64,000 nt of DNA, taken from NCBI GenBank assembly GCA_010093995.1, contig ML992501.1, positions 702,227 through 766,226 on the forward strand. Direction: 5' to 3'. This document shows positions 1-12,300 of the stretch, one piece after another (positions within the stretch are counted from its first letter, which is position 1; each line of letters opens with the position of its first letter). Under the pieces are notes generated by a model. It had not been told where the DNA came from. It searched no databases and saw only the letters and a list, made by a program, of their open reading frames with translations. This stretch comes from Elsinoe ampelina. Taxonomy: Eukaryota. Position numbers and translations under genes: made by a program.

Positions 1-300
1 GAGGCGCGGGAGGCGAGGACGGGGGAGGGGGAGGAGGGGGAGGAGGAGGATGAGAGGGTGCCGATTTGTGATCGGTGTGAGGGGGTGCTCGGGCTTGATG
101 AGGAGGGGGAGGATGAGGAGGGGGAGGAAGATGAGGAGGGGGAGGAGGGCGATGAGGAGGATGAGGATGACGAGGGGGAGGAGGGGCCGCCCCGGTCTGG
201 TGCCATGGTGGTATGGGGCTTGCTGGGGGAGAAGGTTTGGAGGGGATATGAGGTTGCCAGGTTGAAGGATCAACCCATTGCTGCTATGGGGAGGGTATAG
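1..300 (+). CDS. 3' end of a gene with an acidic (D/E-rich) C-terminus; starts upstream of the window
   Basis: Frame 1 is open from base 1 to TAG at 298-300 (EAREARTGEGEEGEEEDERVPICDRCEG...AAMGRV*). It contains a CxxC. The G-rich composition resembles the 3' ends of other genes here. Confidence 0.55.
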   Translation, partial: EAREARTGEGEEGEEEDERVPICDRCEGVLGLDEEGEDEEGEEDEEGEEGDEEDEDDEGEEGPPRSGAMVVWGLLGEKVWRGYEVARLKDQPIAAMGRV

Positions 301-994
301 GCTAGCGCGGTGGAATGAGATGTCGTGATTGACGCATTGACGCCCGTGTTTGCACTGTTTGCATTAGCTGGTAGGAATACCCGAGCACCACAGACAGACC
401 CACGACACTGTGCTATGGATACACTCCATCGCGATGCATGGCGCTCTCATACCCAATATTGAGCAGTGATCGATGATTGAGTTGGTTATGTGCTTGCTTA
501 CACAATACTGTGCGTATGCCTTATCTCTGTTACTGTTGATCCCGAACGCTGTGGTACCTGCGCTGGAAATCACACCACAATCTCTTCAAATCCGACGGCG
601 AGCGGGACGACTCTGAAATGGGTCACAGACGGTGAAGGCGAGACGATGACAAGACTCGTATGGGCGCGGCTCATTAGAGTATAGTTCCTCAGCAGGCTCA
701 GCGGCTCATTTCCAAGTGGGATCAAAGTTCGCGACATCGTTGACGCTAGCCTGCTATCATTATGATTGCCAGTCCAGGCTCGCTAAGATCAATGATAATG
801 CCACAACTATTCACGACCGTTCACAACGTGCCAGCCTGGTCGTTTCAATGGTAAGATTCCAGCAATTAACTCGGTCAATCCATGCGAGGGCCCGATACTG
901 CGTATATATGGTCTACATGTATCGACATGTGAATGTTGTTCTTCACTACTACTTCATAGCACACTGCCATAGATCCGCCGTATTCCCAGCCGTC

Positions 995-2971
995 ATGCAG
1001 TGTATCTGGGTGCAATTCTTGTTGCTGGTCCTGGCTGTATCTTGCTGTGCTGCTAAGACGCCCTCGAATGCAGGTGAGTTCGGCAGGCTTTGTTTTTGGT
1101 GCAACAGGATTGATTATTCCAGCCTGTACCAAGCTTGCTACTCAGATAGCCGAGATAGACGAGAATGTCACAAACCCGAGATACTATTGCAACTACTATC
1201 TCTCTGCGTACGCCGCGATTGGTCCCGTCTCAGGAGAACAACACTGACATTACCGCAGGCCGCGCACGAGAAGTCCTCTTCCTGACATCAATGCTGCCAC
1301 TATGAAGCAAGCATGCCAATGTGTCCTCCGTCGAGCTGGACAGAAGAAGGTCAGAGCGTTGAGATCGTATCCTCTACCACAGCCTGGGAAGAAATATCCT
1401 TGTGATCAAAGATACGCTAGAGACGTTCGCGCTGCATTCGTCGATGCATCGTCATTCTGCAACTTTTACGGCGCCATGTCAGTCCTCCTTTCCTCTTCCA
1501 TGATCCTGGCTTACTGTGTTACAGTCCGCGCGCCCTCTCTCCGATCATCGGACGCTCTCCTGTACAACTCATTGCAGGCTGCAAGTGTATTATCAATCCT
1601 CCAAAGTCTTCTTCCAAGACTACAAGTCTGACCACACGATCAACGACTACTAGTCTGAGTTTGAGCGTAACCTCCCGTACAACTACAGACAGTGTACCTT
1701 CGGTACAGCCAACTTCCACTACGTCAACTACATCTACCACTACATCAACTACATCTACCACTACTTCGACCACTACTTCGACCACCACCTCGACCACTAC
1801 TTTGACCACTACTTCGACCACTACTCCGACCACTGCTCCGAGCACCACATTGACCACTACACCAATTACCACTTCAAGCACTACTTCAAGCACTACTTCA
1901 AGCACTACTTCAACCACTACTTCAACCACTACTTCAAGCACTACTTCAAGCACTACTTCGACCACTACTTCAACCACTACTTCAACCACTACTTCAACCA
2001 CTACTTCAACCACTACTTCAACCACTACTTCAACCACTACTTCAACCACTAGTGATATGCTGGCGACGACGACAACAACAACTTCACTGGAAACCACCTC
2101 TACTACCTCTGCTATCCCGTCACCAACAACTACGACTACCACCTCTACCGACTCTACCACCACCACTACCTCTACTGACTCTACCACCACTACTACGTCT
2201 ACTGATTCTACCACTACTACTACCTCTACTGACTCTACCACCACTACTACCTCTACTGACTCGACCACCACTACTACCTCTACCACTTCGACCACCTCGA
2301 CCACTACAACTACGACGGCAGTTACCACAACCACTACAACTACGACGGCAGTTACCACAACCACTACAACCACTACAACCACTTCACGGGCATCAACTGC
2401 CCTCCTTCTCGCGAATCCGACAGCTATCACACCTGTCGACTCTGCCGGTAAAGCCTCCAGAAATGTTGACGACGAGGACTTCCCCTTCACAGTCCCCTTC
2501 GCTATACAACTCTATGGAACGTCATCCACAAGTCTCTCCACTAGCGACAACGGCTATATTAGTGTGGGCGGCTCGAGCTTGAGTTACGCTTTTTACCCTT
2601 TCTTACTCGATCAATATATCACACAAGGCACGACTCAAGGCGTCTTCTATTCCGTCACCGGCACCGCGCCCAATCGCGTGCTCCAAGTCGAATTCTTCAC
2701 CAGCTTGTGCTGCAACTACCCAAACACATACTACCACTATCTCGTGACGTTCAACGAGAATGCGCCCGGAGCCGTCACATACCTGTTCTACGAGCTCCGC
2801 CGGCAAAGTACTGAGTCCGGTACCGTGGGGGTATTCAAGAACTCAAATCCCACTAATTCTGCGAGATACTCTGCATCCAATAACGCAAAGATTTGTTCCG
2901 GATTGGAGATCGCGTATGATCCGTCGGCAAACACTTGGGCGTCGACGGCGAACAGCGTTGTGTGTACTTGA
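995..2971 (+). CDS. Secreted mucin-like surface protein: signal peptide, two Cys-containing repeats, long Thr/Ser stalk, C-terminal NIDO-like globular domain (4 exons)
   Basis: ATG 995 gives MQCIWVQFLLLVLAVSCCAA (signal peptide). Intron 1074-1122 (GTGAGT..AG) plus two more GT..AG introns near 1208-1258 and 1478-1523 join the ORFs in frame. The C-terminal VDDEDFPFTVPFAIQLYG...SDNGYISVG resembles a NIDO-type motif (recognised by eye). Confidence 0.75.
1716..2385 (+). repeat. Coding tandem repeats: 12-bp units (ACCACTACTTCR; TTTS), 27-bp units (TTTTTSTDS x5), ~30-bp units (TTAVTTTTTT)
   Basis: Directly visible repeats encoding the Thr-rich stalk. Confidence 0.9.
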
Positions 2972-3597
2972 TGCACACATTCGGATATTGTATTAATATT
3001 TACTCAACGAATGTTCTTCACGGTCTCCACGGTCTCCACTGCTCCACTGTCGCTCTCCTCTGTGTATTCCCGTGTGACCAATTACTTTATGCACATTTCG
3101 GTAGGTTGCGAAGATCCATCCATTACTGCTATGGGGCAGCGAGCAGGCTATAGCGTTGGTGGAGTCATCCTGATTGACGCTTGACGAGCGTGTCCACACC
3201 ATTCATACTTGTGGCAGTACCATCTCAGGTGAGTTCCAACTTGCTGTACCTACAACTCCGTGGAAATAGGACCTATCAGCCTGAAATCACTATTACGGAT
3301 AGTTCAGGTAGTTGTTAGCTCTATCTCTTACTACCAGATATCCAAGTCATCTGCTCGTGTTGTGATAGCTGTTACAACTAACTACACATTTCAGATTGCG
3401 GAAAAAGGACACAAACTTTTGCGAGTAGAGAGGATGCACGTCGGGAGACATTTGTCACCAACGTCGAGACATGCCCATCTTCATCTGCACTGTGCGGATA
3501 GACATTATACATGTGTTTGGCAATTCTACATACATTTCATCCTTAGTGCTCCTCCTCGTCGCCACCAGCAGCCGACGCTCCAGGCGAGGGACGAAGC

Positions 3598-4518
3598 TCA
3601 TTCCGAACCATACTCGCCCCAATAAAACGCAGTCGGGTGATCTTTGGATATGTAGGTTTTCTCAATTGCATCACTGAATATCCTCAGGCGAGCAAAGTAG
3701 AAGCCAACAAGCTCACCCAGCCGCACACGGTAAGTCATGACAAAGCGCTCAGGATAGATGCCGTGGCGACGCGGTTCGCACTCAACCATCTTGACCCAGA
3801 ACTTCTTCCCAGATCGCCTGTAATTATCTACTGTCAGGTCTGTGGGCAATTCCTGTAGCTGATCGATCGTCTCTTTGTCAAGGAGAATCGCGGCTTTGAG
3901 TCGGGGCCCACCAGCGCTCGGGAAGTGCATTGGTTCGCCAGGCCAGCGTGCAAATGCCCAGCCGCGGAGGTAGTTGACGATTTGTTCGGTACTAGCGTCT
4001 GTCAAGGTTGCCGGGTCCTGCAATACGTCGTTGGTGTAACGTCGAAGAAACTCGTCCGATAAGCCTTTGTCCGCTTCGATCGCCCAGCCTGCTGGCAATG
4101 TGCCAAGATCTCGTCGGATCCGGAGAGAAAGCGATGCGAATTGAGCGTCATTCTCAATCCACAGTTCTGGGAAACGACGAATGGCAGACAGAGCGGTCTG
4201 GAACTTGACTTCGTCAATGTAGTCCGTCCGTAGTACGGTATAGCCCCAAGTGCGGGCACGGTAATGTCCGACATCATTGTACGAAGCGAGAGCAGCTAGA
4301 TGAGAAGCGGCGGTCCTGGCTTTCTCGGGATCGTCGTCTCTGAGAATGAACGGCAACCCAAGAGTTGGATCCACAGGGTGTACTTCAAGGCGCGGAATCT
4401 TGGACAGTAGGTCTCTGATATCCACTATCGCTTCTTGCCACTCGTGGTCGATGTTTGCTGATGCCATGACTGACGGTACGGCGGCTGCCAAAGCTGTGAA
4501 AGTGGTCAAGATCTTCAT
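3598..4518 (-). CDS. Hypothetical secreted protein (~306 aa) with a fungal 'WGYTVLRTDY'-type motif
   Basis: Intronless ORF. First ATG 4518 gives MKILTTFTALAAAVPSVMA (signal peptide-like). Protein-like composition. Confidence 0.7.
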   Translation of the reverse strand: MKILTTFTALAAAVPSVMASANIDHEWQEAIVDIRDLLSKIPRLEVHPVDPTLGLPFILRDDDPEKARTAASHLAALASYNDVGHYRARTWGYTVLRTDYIDEVKFQTALSAIRRFPELWIENDAQFASLSLRIRRDLGTLPAGWAIEADKGLSDEFLRRYTNDVLQDPATLTDASTEQIVNYLRGWAFARWPGEPMHFPSAGGPRLKAAILLDKETIDQLQELPTDLTVDNYRRSGKKFWVKMVECEPRRHGIYPERFVMTYRVRLGELVGFYFARLRIFSDAIEKTYISKDHPTAFYWGEYGSE

Positions 4519-5651
4519 GCCCACTCCATAGGCTGATCGCGGGTAGATTCAGCGAGCCAAAAGTCGGTCGGCGCTGGGTTGACAGACTGCTTGGAGAAAG
4601 ACAGTAGGGAAAGGTTCGTCGATGTAGCCCGCTCTCGTGATCAAGTAGGGGAGTCTATTGCAATGCAATGCAAAGGACAAGGCGAGGCACCAGAGACATA
4701 TTTCTCTACACTTACCATCAGCTGAGCAAGTTGTGCCGTGCCACAATGCAATTTCGGTGCTTTCAAGCATCATCCGATAGTTCGAGCACCAGCGAAATTG
4801 GCGACGCCACGAGCCAACATCTTGTCCAGTGTGATGGTACGGTTGCCGGTGGCAAGGATACTGGAATCAGATTAGTGAGGTGCATTTATTCGGCATCTCC
4901 CTGGGTCTCTAATCTATAAGATCACCCAGATCGGAGAATCTGCAGGTTCCAATTGGAGATGTGAGGACAAATAGTGCTTGCTTTTTCTGATCGGGCGGGG
5001 ACGAGAGCGCTCTTGGCGCTTTAGTCAGCGATCCGGAAGTGCCAAAGCTCGTTTCTTCACTCAAGCTAGTCCTCCCTCCTCCGCACGCAACACACTATTC
5101 CCCTGTACACGGATTGCATTAGAGCTGCGCGGACATTCATTATATTGCGCGTTCTTCTGCGACTGCGACGACCATATTTGACGCGCTCATCCACTCTTGA
5201 CAGTTCTGCGCACCACGACCGCAACCGCGACCGCGACACCAGCAGCTCAATTTTTCGATCTTTGCGAGTCAACACGCTTGTCGCGCAGATTTGTGGGAGC
5301 TTTTCCGAGATCGTTGTATCTTCGTGCTGAGCTCTGCATTGAACGCGGGATTCCACGGATACAGACGCACCCCGGAAGGTGCCTACGGCCCATCACGACC
5401 AAGGAGGAAGGAGCGTTCGGATCCGTGAATACAGGCGCTGGAAAGGAGGAATCTGAGTGTACAACACTACTCTCCGATTCCTCGCAGTGTATGCGAGGAT
5501 TCTGCCTACCATAGTCATCACATCATTCTTGAGCCCTGAACACCCCTGCTCGCGTTAGTGTAGTTGTACTTGACTGTCTGAGGCCAATTGACTGCCCGAC
5601 TGCCATTCCTTGCATGTGCGATTGAGTGTTGGCACGGACGATCGATACAAA

Positions 5652-8290
5652 ATGGCAGGTGAGCACCCCTCAGATCAATCTATGACGGCATGTCGGAGCG
5701 CAGTACACATAACTGACAATTCTCAGGAGACGAACCACGCAGATCTGGCCGTGCCAGCAAGGGACATAACAAGCACCTCGACGATCCTGTCGATTCCACT
5801 CCAAAGCCTAAGAAGGGTGCCAAAGGGAAATCCACCAAGAAAGCCTCCGAACCCGTCGAGGAAGAAGCCTCAGAAGAAGTTATAAGATGTGTCTGTGGTG
5901 ACAATACCGACGATGAGGGTGGCAGAGCATTCATCGCATGTGATGCTTGCGAGGTGTGGCAGCACAACGTCTGCATGGGCGTCTCGCTCAATGAGGATGA
6001 ACAACCAGACCACTATTTCTGCGAGCAATGCCGACCGGAAGAACACAAGGAATTGCTCGACGGAATTGCAAAGGGAGAGAAGCCTTGGGAAGACCGCATC
6101 AAGGCAGCTGAAGAGGCAGAGAAGGCGAAGAAGAAGGGCAAAAAGGGTGGCCGCAAATCCACTGGCAAAGCGACAAAGACCAGTGAGCCTCCCAAGCCAG
6201 AGACGCCCAGGGAAGAACCGCCGAAAGCTCCCACACCTGTCCCTGCTCCAGCACAAGATGCTAGCGCAGGTACGAAGAGAAAGTTCAAAGAAGAATCACA
6301 GGTCGGCCAGACACGCGTGGATAGATTTGGCAGAACTGACATATCACAGGCTCCAGCACCTTCCAATGGACAGTCCACACCAAAGGCACCTGCGGCCGAG
6401 CGTCCTGAGAAGAAGCGCAAGTCAAGCACAAAAGAAGTATCAGCTGCTCCAGCGAGCGAAGATGTCAATTCTGCCCTGGTTGATTTCTCCATGTTGCCAA
6501 AGGATCGACAGAATGTTGGCATCGTTCTGGAGAAGCTTGTCAAGGATGGACTCGACGCTAAGCTCAAAGCTGGGTAGGTCACGACTTGGACGTACTCATT
6601 GTCGCACGCTAATAACAATAGGACTTACACGCTTCCCGAAGGACAGAACGCCAATTTCCTCTCACATCGCTTGGCTCAGCTTATTGAGTACGAGCTCCTC
6701 ATGAACCATGGGCCACCCAGCAAAGGTTCTGGCTATGGGGCCCAGTTCCGCTCCATCAACGCCAACTTCAAGAAGAATCCTGCCCTCCTCGACAGGCTGC
6801 TGAAGAAGACTCTGACCCCTTCTGAGCTAGCAACCATGTCGAGTCAAGATATGGCCAGTGAGGAATTGCAGCGCGAGAGGGAAAGGATGAAAGAGGAGGC
6901 AGACAAGCAAGCTGTTATGATCAGAGAAGATGATAAGCCGCGAGTGCGCAGGACACACAAGGGTGATGAGTACGTTGATGACAGTGTTAACAACGACGTT
7001 GGCTCCGTCTTTACCTCCAAGCCAGTCCGCAGGAGGGAAAGTGAAATCGATGTCGAGGGTGCTGGGAGCCCAACTCTTCCTACAGGCACTGCTGGATCCC
7101 CTGTCGCCAATGGACGCCCAAGACCTATTGACACACCCGCTCCTATCGATCAGCGACGTCAGTCTTCACAAAACTTTGACATCAACAACGTTTGGGCAAA
7201 GACAGCTGCATCTCCAGATCTTGAGCGTGCTTCCTCCTTCCAAGCACCTCCCCCGAATGGTGCTTCAGCGACACAGCCATTATCCCAGAACAAGGTCTCC
7301 GGAGATGCTGACATTGACCGAATGCTAGCAGACGACAACGACGACTATTCACCCGCCGACGCAAAGCCAGCGGATGGCGAGGTGATTTGGCGTGGTAAAT
7401 TCACGCAATCTGGCGTCAATGCACTTACCGTCTCCGCCCGACACGCTGCTGGCAACGACTTCTCACGCTTCATTCCTTGGCAGACCTTTCTTCCATCACA
7501 GCTTGAGATTGAAGGTCGCCTGGAGAAGGGGAAAGCAGATGACTACCTATGTGGTCTACAATGGTCCAAGAAGTCAGACGTCTCGGTCCTCACTCTCAGC
7601 CCCTACGATGATCGCAAAGCATTCGACGAGATCTTCGAGTACTTTAGCAAACGTAACAAGTACGCTGTTGGCAAGAAGGGTCATGGTTGCTCCGAGCTGA
7701 TCAAGGACCTGTACATCTCACCAGTGGAGGCCAATCAAGCTCCTCCTCCGCACATCGACCTGCTTGATTATTGCAGTCTCAAGTTTCCGCTTCCAGAGCG
7801 TGTGCTACTCGCAACATTTGTCGTCAACAAGCCTGCCTCTTGGGATCAAGCCGATGCCATGCCCCTCCCGCCAGAGACCAACTTCCCGTCCAGTCGCATG
7901 TCACTTCCTGGTCCAGCGGCCAGTCCCATCAACCCGTCCGGTCCTGGATTTTCACCAGCACCCAGGCAAGGCTTCACGCCAGAGACAAGCGCCTTTCCCC
8001 CGAACCCCTACAACTCCGCTCCGACAGCTCAGCAAGGCTATGGTCAGCCCACACCACCGCCAGCCCAGCCAACCATGTTAGTCCCTAACGATCCAGCTGC
8101 ACAGCAGATCCTTGGACACTACGTCAATTGTCCAGTTGCTCAGCAGATCCTCACTGCCACGAGTGGAAGAGTACAAGAGACTGAAGCGAGGAATATGAGG
8201 GACATATTCGAGGCCGAGCCTGCTGCGAGGGAAAGAATGGACATTTTTGCATCGGTGGTGGGTGCAAAACCCGAAGGCCTGGGAGGATAG
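5652..8290 (+). CDS. BYE1: Transcription factor Bye1 (PHD finger, TFIIS central domain, SPOC domain)
   Basis: Introns 5659-5726, 6302-6349 and 6574-6621. PHD: IRCVCG...IACDACEVWQHNVCMG...YFCEQC. TFIIS-M: QFRSINANFKKN...LATMSSQDMASEEL. SPOC: WRGK...LEIEGRL...KDLYISP. Confidence 0.9.
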
Positions 8291-8614
8291 AATCGTCCTT
8301 GGCGCTTCTGGGCACGTTCTGGGAGGCAGTTTTCCACGCAACTTTTGTAAGGAGAGTCGGTCTGCTAGACGGAAAAGCAATGTACGGGTAGGGGATGAGC
8401 ATGATTAGCTAGTATACACTTTCGTCACGTTTGTGGTAGTTATGAAAAGTAGTTTTACGCAATTCTCAGTCGAAGAATAAATAAGCTAAATGTTTCAAGC
8501 AATGTCCCTCGCCTTTCTTTGCTCGTCTGTGAATATATTTACAAGAATCAAGCTGTAAGCATGCTACGTCGATAGTGTCCCTTGCCTCTCAAGGACTGCC
8601 GACCGTTGAAATGC

Positions 8615-9817
8615 TCACTGCTCGCCAAACCTCACCGCCCTCTTCCTCACTACCTCCGACCTGCCCATGGCCAAGGGCAACCCAGTGACATTCCCATCCA
8701 TCCTCGGCGTCACACTCTCCCCCGGCGCAAGATCCTGCTGCACCCTCGCCGCCGAACTCTGCGCATACGTCTTGATATAATTGATATACCTGCACCTCAT
8801 CAGCTCTATCACCACTTCCCCCCCCCCCATCAGACTCCACCAGGAACTCACCAATACTGCTGCCCAAAAGCCCCCGGGTTCCCCGCCACATAGGCATTAC
8901 AACTCGCCCAACTATCCTTGCCCGCACTCATCGGACAGCCCGCGCTCTGGTACGTCTGCCCCGCCCAATCCCCACAGAACGTCGTGTCAAACACGATGGC
9001 CATATCGTAGAACTGCTGATCGATATTGCAACTCCCCTGGAAATTCGCCGTCGGAGTCCCAAAGTCGGCCGCCGGGTTCGGGTTGCCGTTGCGGATCGAC
9101 TGCGGGATGGTGGCGCGGGGGAAGAACCACACGCGGATCGCGGCCGAGGTCCAGTCGATGGCGTAGACCCCGCCGCCTTGGGCGTTGAAGCCGGTCCCGT
9201 AGCTCGTCGTGCGGGGGTCCGAGTTGGAGCAGCCTGTTGTGGAGAAGGGGACGGCGCAGTTGTTGGTTTGCAGGATGGCGGTCTGGCCTGCGCCGGAGAT
9301 GGTGCAGCCGGTTTTTGTGTGGGCGGAGATCAGGTTGGTGGTTTGTCGGTTGACGCCTTCGAGGATGTCGAGTTCGCCGGATTGCGGCCACGTGCCGGTT
9401 TGGCCTAGCATCCAGAAGGCGGGCCAGGAGCCGCATGTGCTGTCTGGCATGTGTTGGATGTCGGCGATGAAGAGGCCTTTGTTGTACCGCGCTTTGGAGG
9501 TGAGGCGGATGGAGCGGCGGCCGGGGCCTGTGGGGGAGATGGTGGTGGTTTGGTCGACGCCTGGGAGGGGTTAGGCAGGGTGGGGAGCGGGGGGAAGACG
9601 AGATACCCCAGTTGGCTACTCCGCTGCTGGGGATGAGTCGGCTGGATAGAGCAGTGTTGTAGTCGACGTAGGTGACGAAGCCATGAGTAGGGTCAGGGGC
9701 GGTGAAGAAGTCGAACTTGCTGAAGAAGTTGGCTGGGGTGTAGGTGTCTGTCAATCGGTAGGATTGAGCAACAGCCGTGGCAGATAGCCCGGAGAGAAGA
9801 GAGATCGTGTACAGCAT
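8615..9817 (-). CDS. Secreted GH16 endo-1,3(4)-beta-glucanase (fungal Lam16A-like), 3 exons
   Basis: Signal peptide MLYTISLLSGLSATAVA; FDFFTAPDPTHGFV; CGSWPAFW; catalytic GELDILEGVN; FDTTFCGDWAG. The last exon YINYIKTY...FGEQ* follows a GTGAGT intron near 8850. Confidence 0.92.
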
Positions 9818-10735
9818 GTTTGAAGGCGTTTCTGCAATGTACCTGATGGCAACAAACCAAGGAGATTTGAGACGTACTTATACCCGCTGTCCACGAAGTA
9901 TGGGGACGTCTATCGTTGACCTACCACGCTTTGACATGTGATGAACACACGCTTTCCAGGCCAGCGGTCTGGTAGCACTCGATGCTGTCAAGAGGGTGCA
10001 AACTGCTGGTACCGTAGGTCGGACCATGAATGTCGACCAGGATCCTGTGATCACTTCCCGCGGCGGAGCATTGATCCGGTCCTGTCATTTCTCTACAAGG
10101 TTAGTATTTGCAATACGTCCGCCTCCATCACTTCAACACCAAGAAGCGTCGGCATGCAAGTGACTGAGGACGGGCCGCTAAGCATGGTGGATGAGCTGGA
10201 AGAAGGCTTGTGACGCTTGTACATGCACAGACTTTTCCAGAAGACACTAAATAAGTGTACCTGCAGGACAATGGCATCACAAATCAGAGGCCGTCAGGAG
10301 ATCACCAGGTTACATCGCCGAGTGGACGGTGCTTGGGATGGTGGGTGTAGGATGCAGTCCGGCTCTCCGGTGGCGCCGTTTTAGTGCGACAGCGACCACT
10401 TGACCGCATCAGACCTTCCCCAGGTGTTCGAGGCGGCAGTAGCGGGTGATGGGAAGTCAGGAGGTGAGTAATCAAGGGAGAGCGGCACTCTTGCTGTCTA
10501 GGTGATGGACGGCCATTGGTTGAGAAACGAAAGTCGATGAAATGAAGGTGCAAGAGGAAAAGGGAGTGAAGTCGGGCTGCTTGCACGTGATTGGTCGGGA
10601 TTTTTGATGGTCAAGTTTCCGACCGAGCAATTGCGATCTCTTTCTCACACCTTTGGATCACACCTTGCTCTTGCACTGACCCTACACGGCAGGGAACATG
10701 AACAAGGGGCACTGCTGACGTTTCGTCTATGCAAA

Positions 10736-12217
10736 ATGCCCAAACGAAAGAGAGAAAGCGGCTCGGTCGAGGGAGATGTAGAAAAACTAGAATCGCTAAG
10801 GACTTTGCAGGCGAAAGCCAAGATTCACCATGGGCAGAACGTACTGCACAGAGCCTTCAAGACTGCGAAAGGTTTCGAGAGGCAGAAACTGAGTCGTCGT
10901 CACAAGACGGCAACGTCACAAAAAGACGACACGGCGGTGGCGCGCATCAACGCCGAGATCGAAGCCACCAAAGTATGTCACGTACCCATATCATGCGCTA
11001 GAAGCTAGTTCTGGAATCACGCTAAATCTTAGCAGACTATCGACCTCAGCAAAGCCGCATCAAACTACCTCGCAAAATCACTACTCAAAATCAAAGCAGT
11101 GGCCGAGTCACCCGATCGACCGTCGACTCTGACACTTCCACCAAGTCAGTCATCTGACCCCGCAGTGTTGAATGTCATAGCTCGACTATGCAATTCCAAT
11201 CCCGTCCGAGATGTCTTGCCCAAGATCTTAAGCGACGTGGAGCAGGCACTGGGTATTGAGAGGGGTAGCGGCTCGACGAACGGCACCGCTAAGAAGAGTG
11301 ATGCTCGCAAAGACGGCCAATCGAAGACGACCACGAGTGCAGAGCATGCCAGTGCTCGAGCTACTACACGGAAGCATTCAGAGAATCCTACGTCCGAAGA
11401 TGAAGACGACTTTGCCGGCTTCAGTGGCGATGACAATGAGGTAGCCCCAGCACTAGACTCAGACGACTCCGCAGCATTCGCCGCCTTCGACTCCCGCCTC
11501 GCCTCATCCTCAGACGAAAGCGACCCCGATCAACCCACCCGCCCAACTTTCGACGCCCGCGCCCTCCTCCAAGCCCACGGGTCCGACCCATCAGCCTCGG
11601 ACTCCGACTCCAACTCCCTCTCATCCTCCCACTCCTCCCCGCAACCCAAAAAAGGCAATCGCAAACCCCTTCCCCCAACCCATTCCCGCTCCCCATCCCC
11701 CTCCCCTTCTCGTTCCCCCTCGCCCCCACCAACAACAAAACCCAACTCCTCCGCCTTCCTCCCCTCCCTGACCATGGGAGGTTACATCTCCGGCTCCGGC
11801 TCAGCAGAAGATTTCTCCGACGCTGCCCCCAAGAAAAACCGGCGCGGTCAACGCGCCCGTCGCGCCATCTGGGAGAAGAAGTTTGGGAAGGAAGCCAAGC
11901 ACGTGGTCACTGGTGAGTCAGGGAAGGCGACCGGCAAAGCGGGGAGGGATGAAGGGTGGGATGCACGGCGGGGGGCTACGGGGGGCGCTGAGCGGGGGAG
12001 GGGCAAGTTCGCGCGAGGAGGCAGGGGAGGGGGGATGGGGAGGGGAGGTGGAGGGGGATTCAGAGGGAACAAGGAGGGAGCAGGGCAGAAGGAGCAGAGT
12101 AAGCATCGTGATGATGAGGGGGCGTTGCATCCTAGCTGGGCGGCGGCGAAGAAGCGGAAGGAGGAGAAGGAGAAAATGACGGCGCCGTTTCAGGGGAGGA
12201 AGATTACTTTTGATTGA
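10736..12217 (+). CDS. BUD22: Bud22/SRFBP1-family ribosome biogenesis protein (2 exons)
   Basis: MPKRKR start; AKGFERQKL; FLPSLTMGGYISGS; KKNRRGQRARRAIWEKKFG; LHPSWAAAKK; GRKITFD*. Intron ~10973-11034. Confidence 0.9.
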
Positions 12218-12300
12218 GAAGGTTGGGAAGGAGACAGAATACCCGATCGTCATGTGGGGATGTTAGACTGGGATGTATTGATATCTAGCTATCAAAATCT

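Noticed and set aside
1519..2490. 323-aa Val-rich minus-strand ORF
   Set aside because: Antisense shadow of the Thr-codon repeats (ACN reversed gives stop-free Val/Glu runs).
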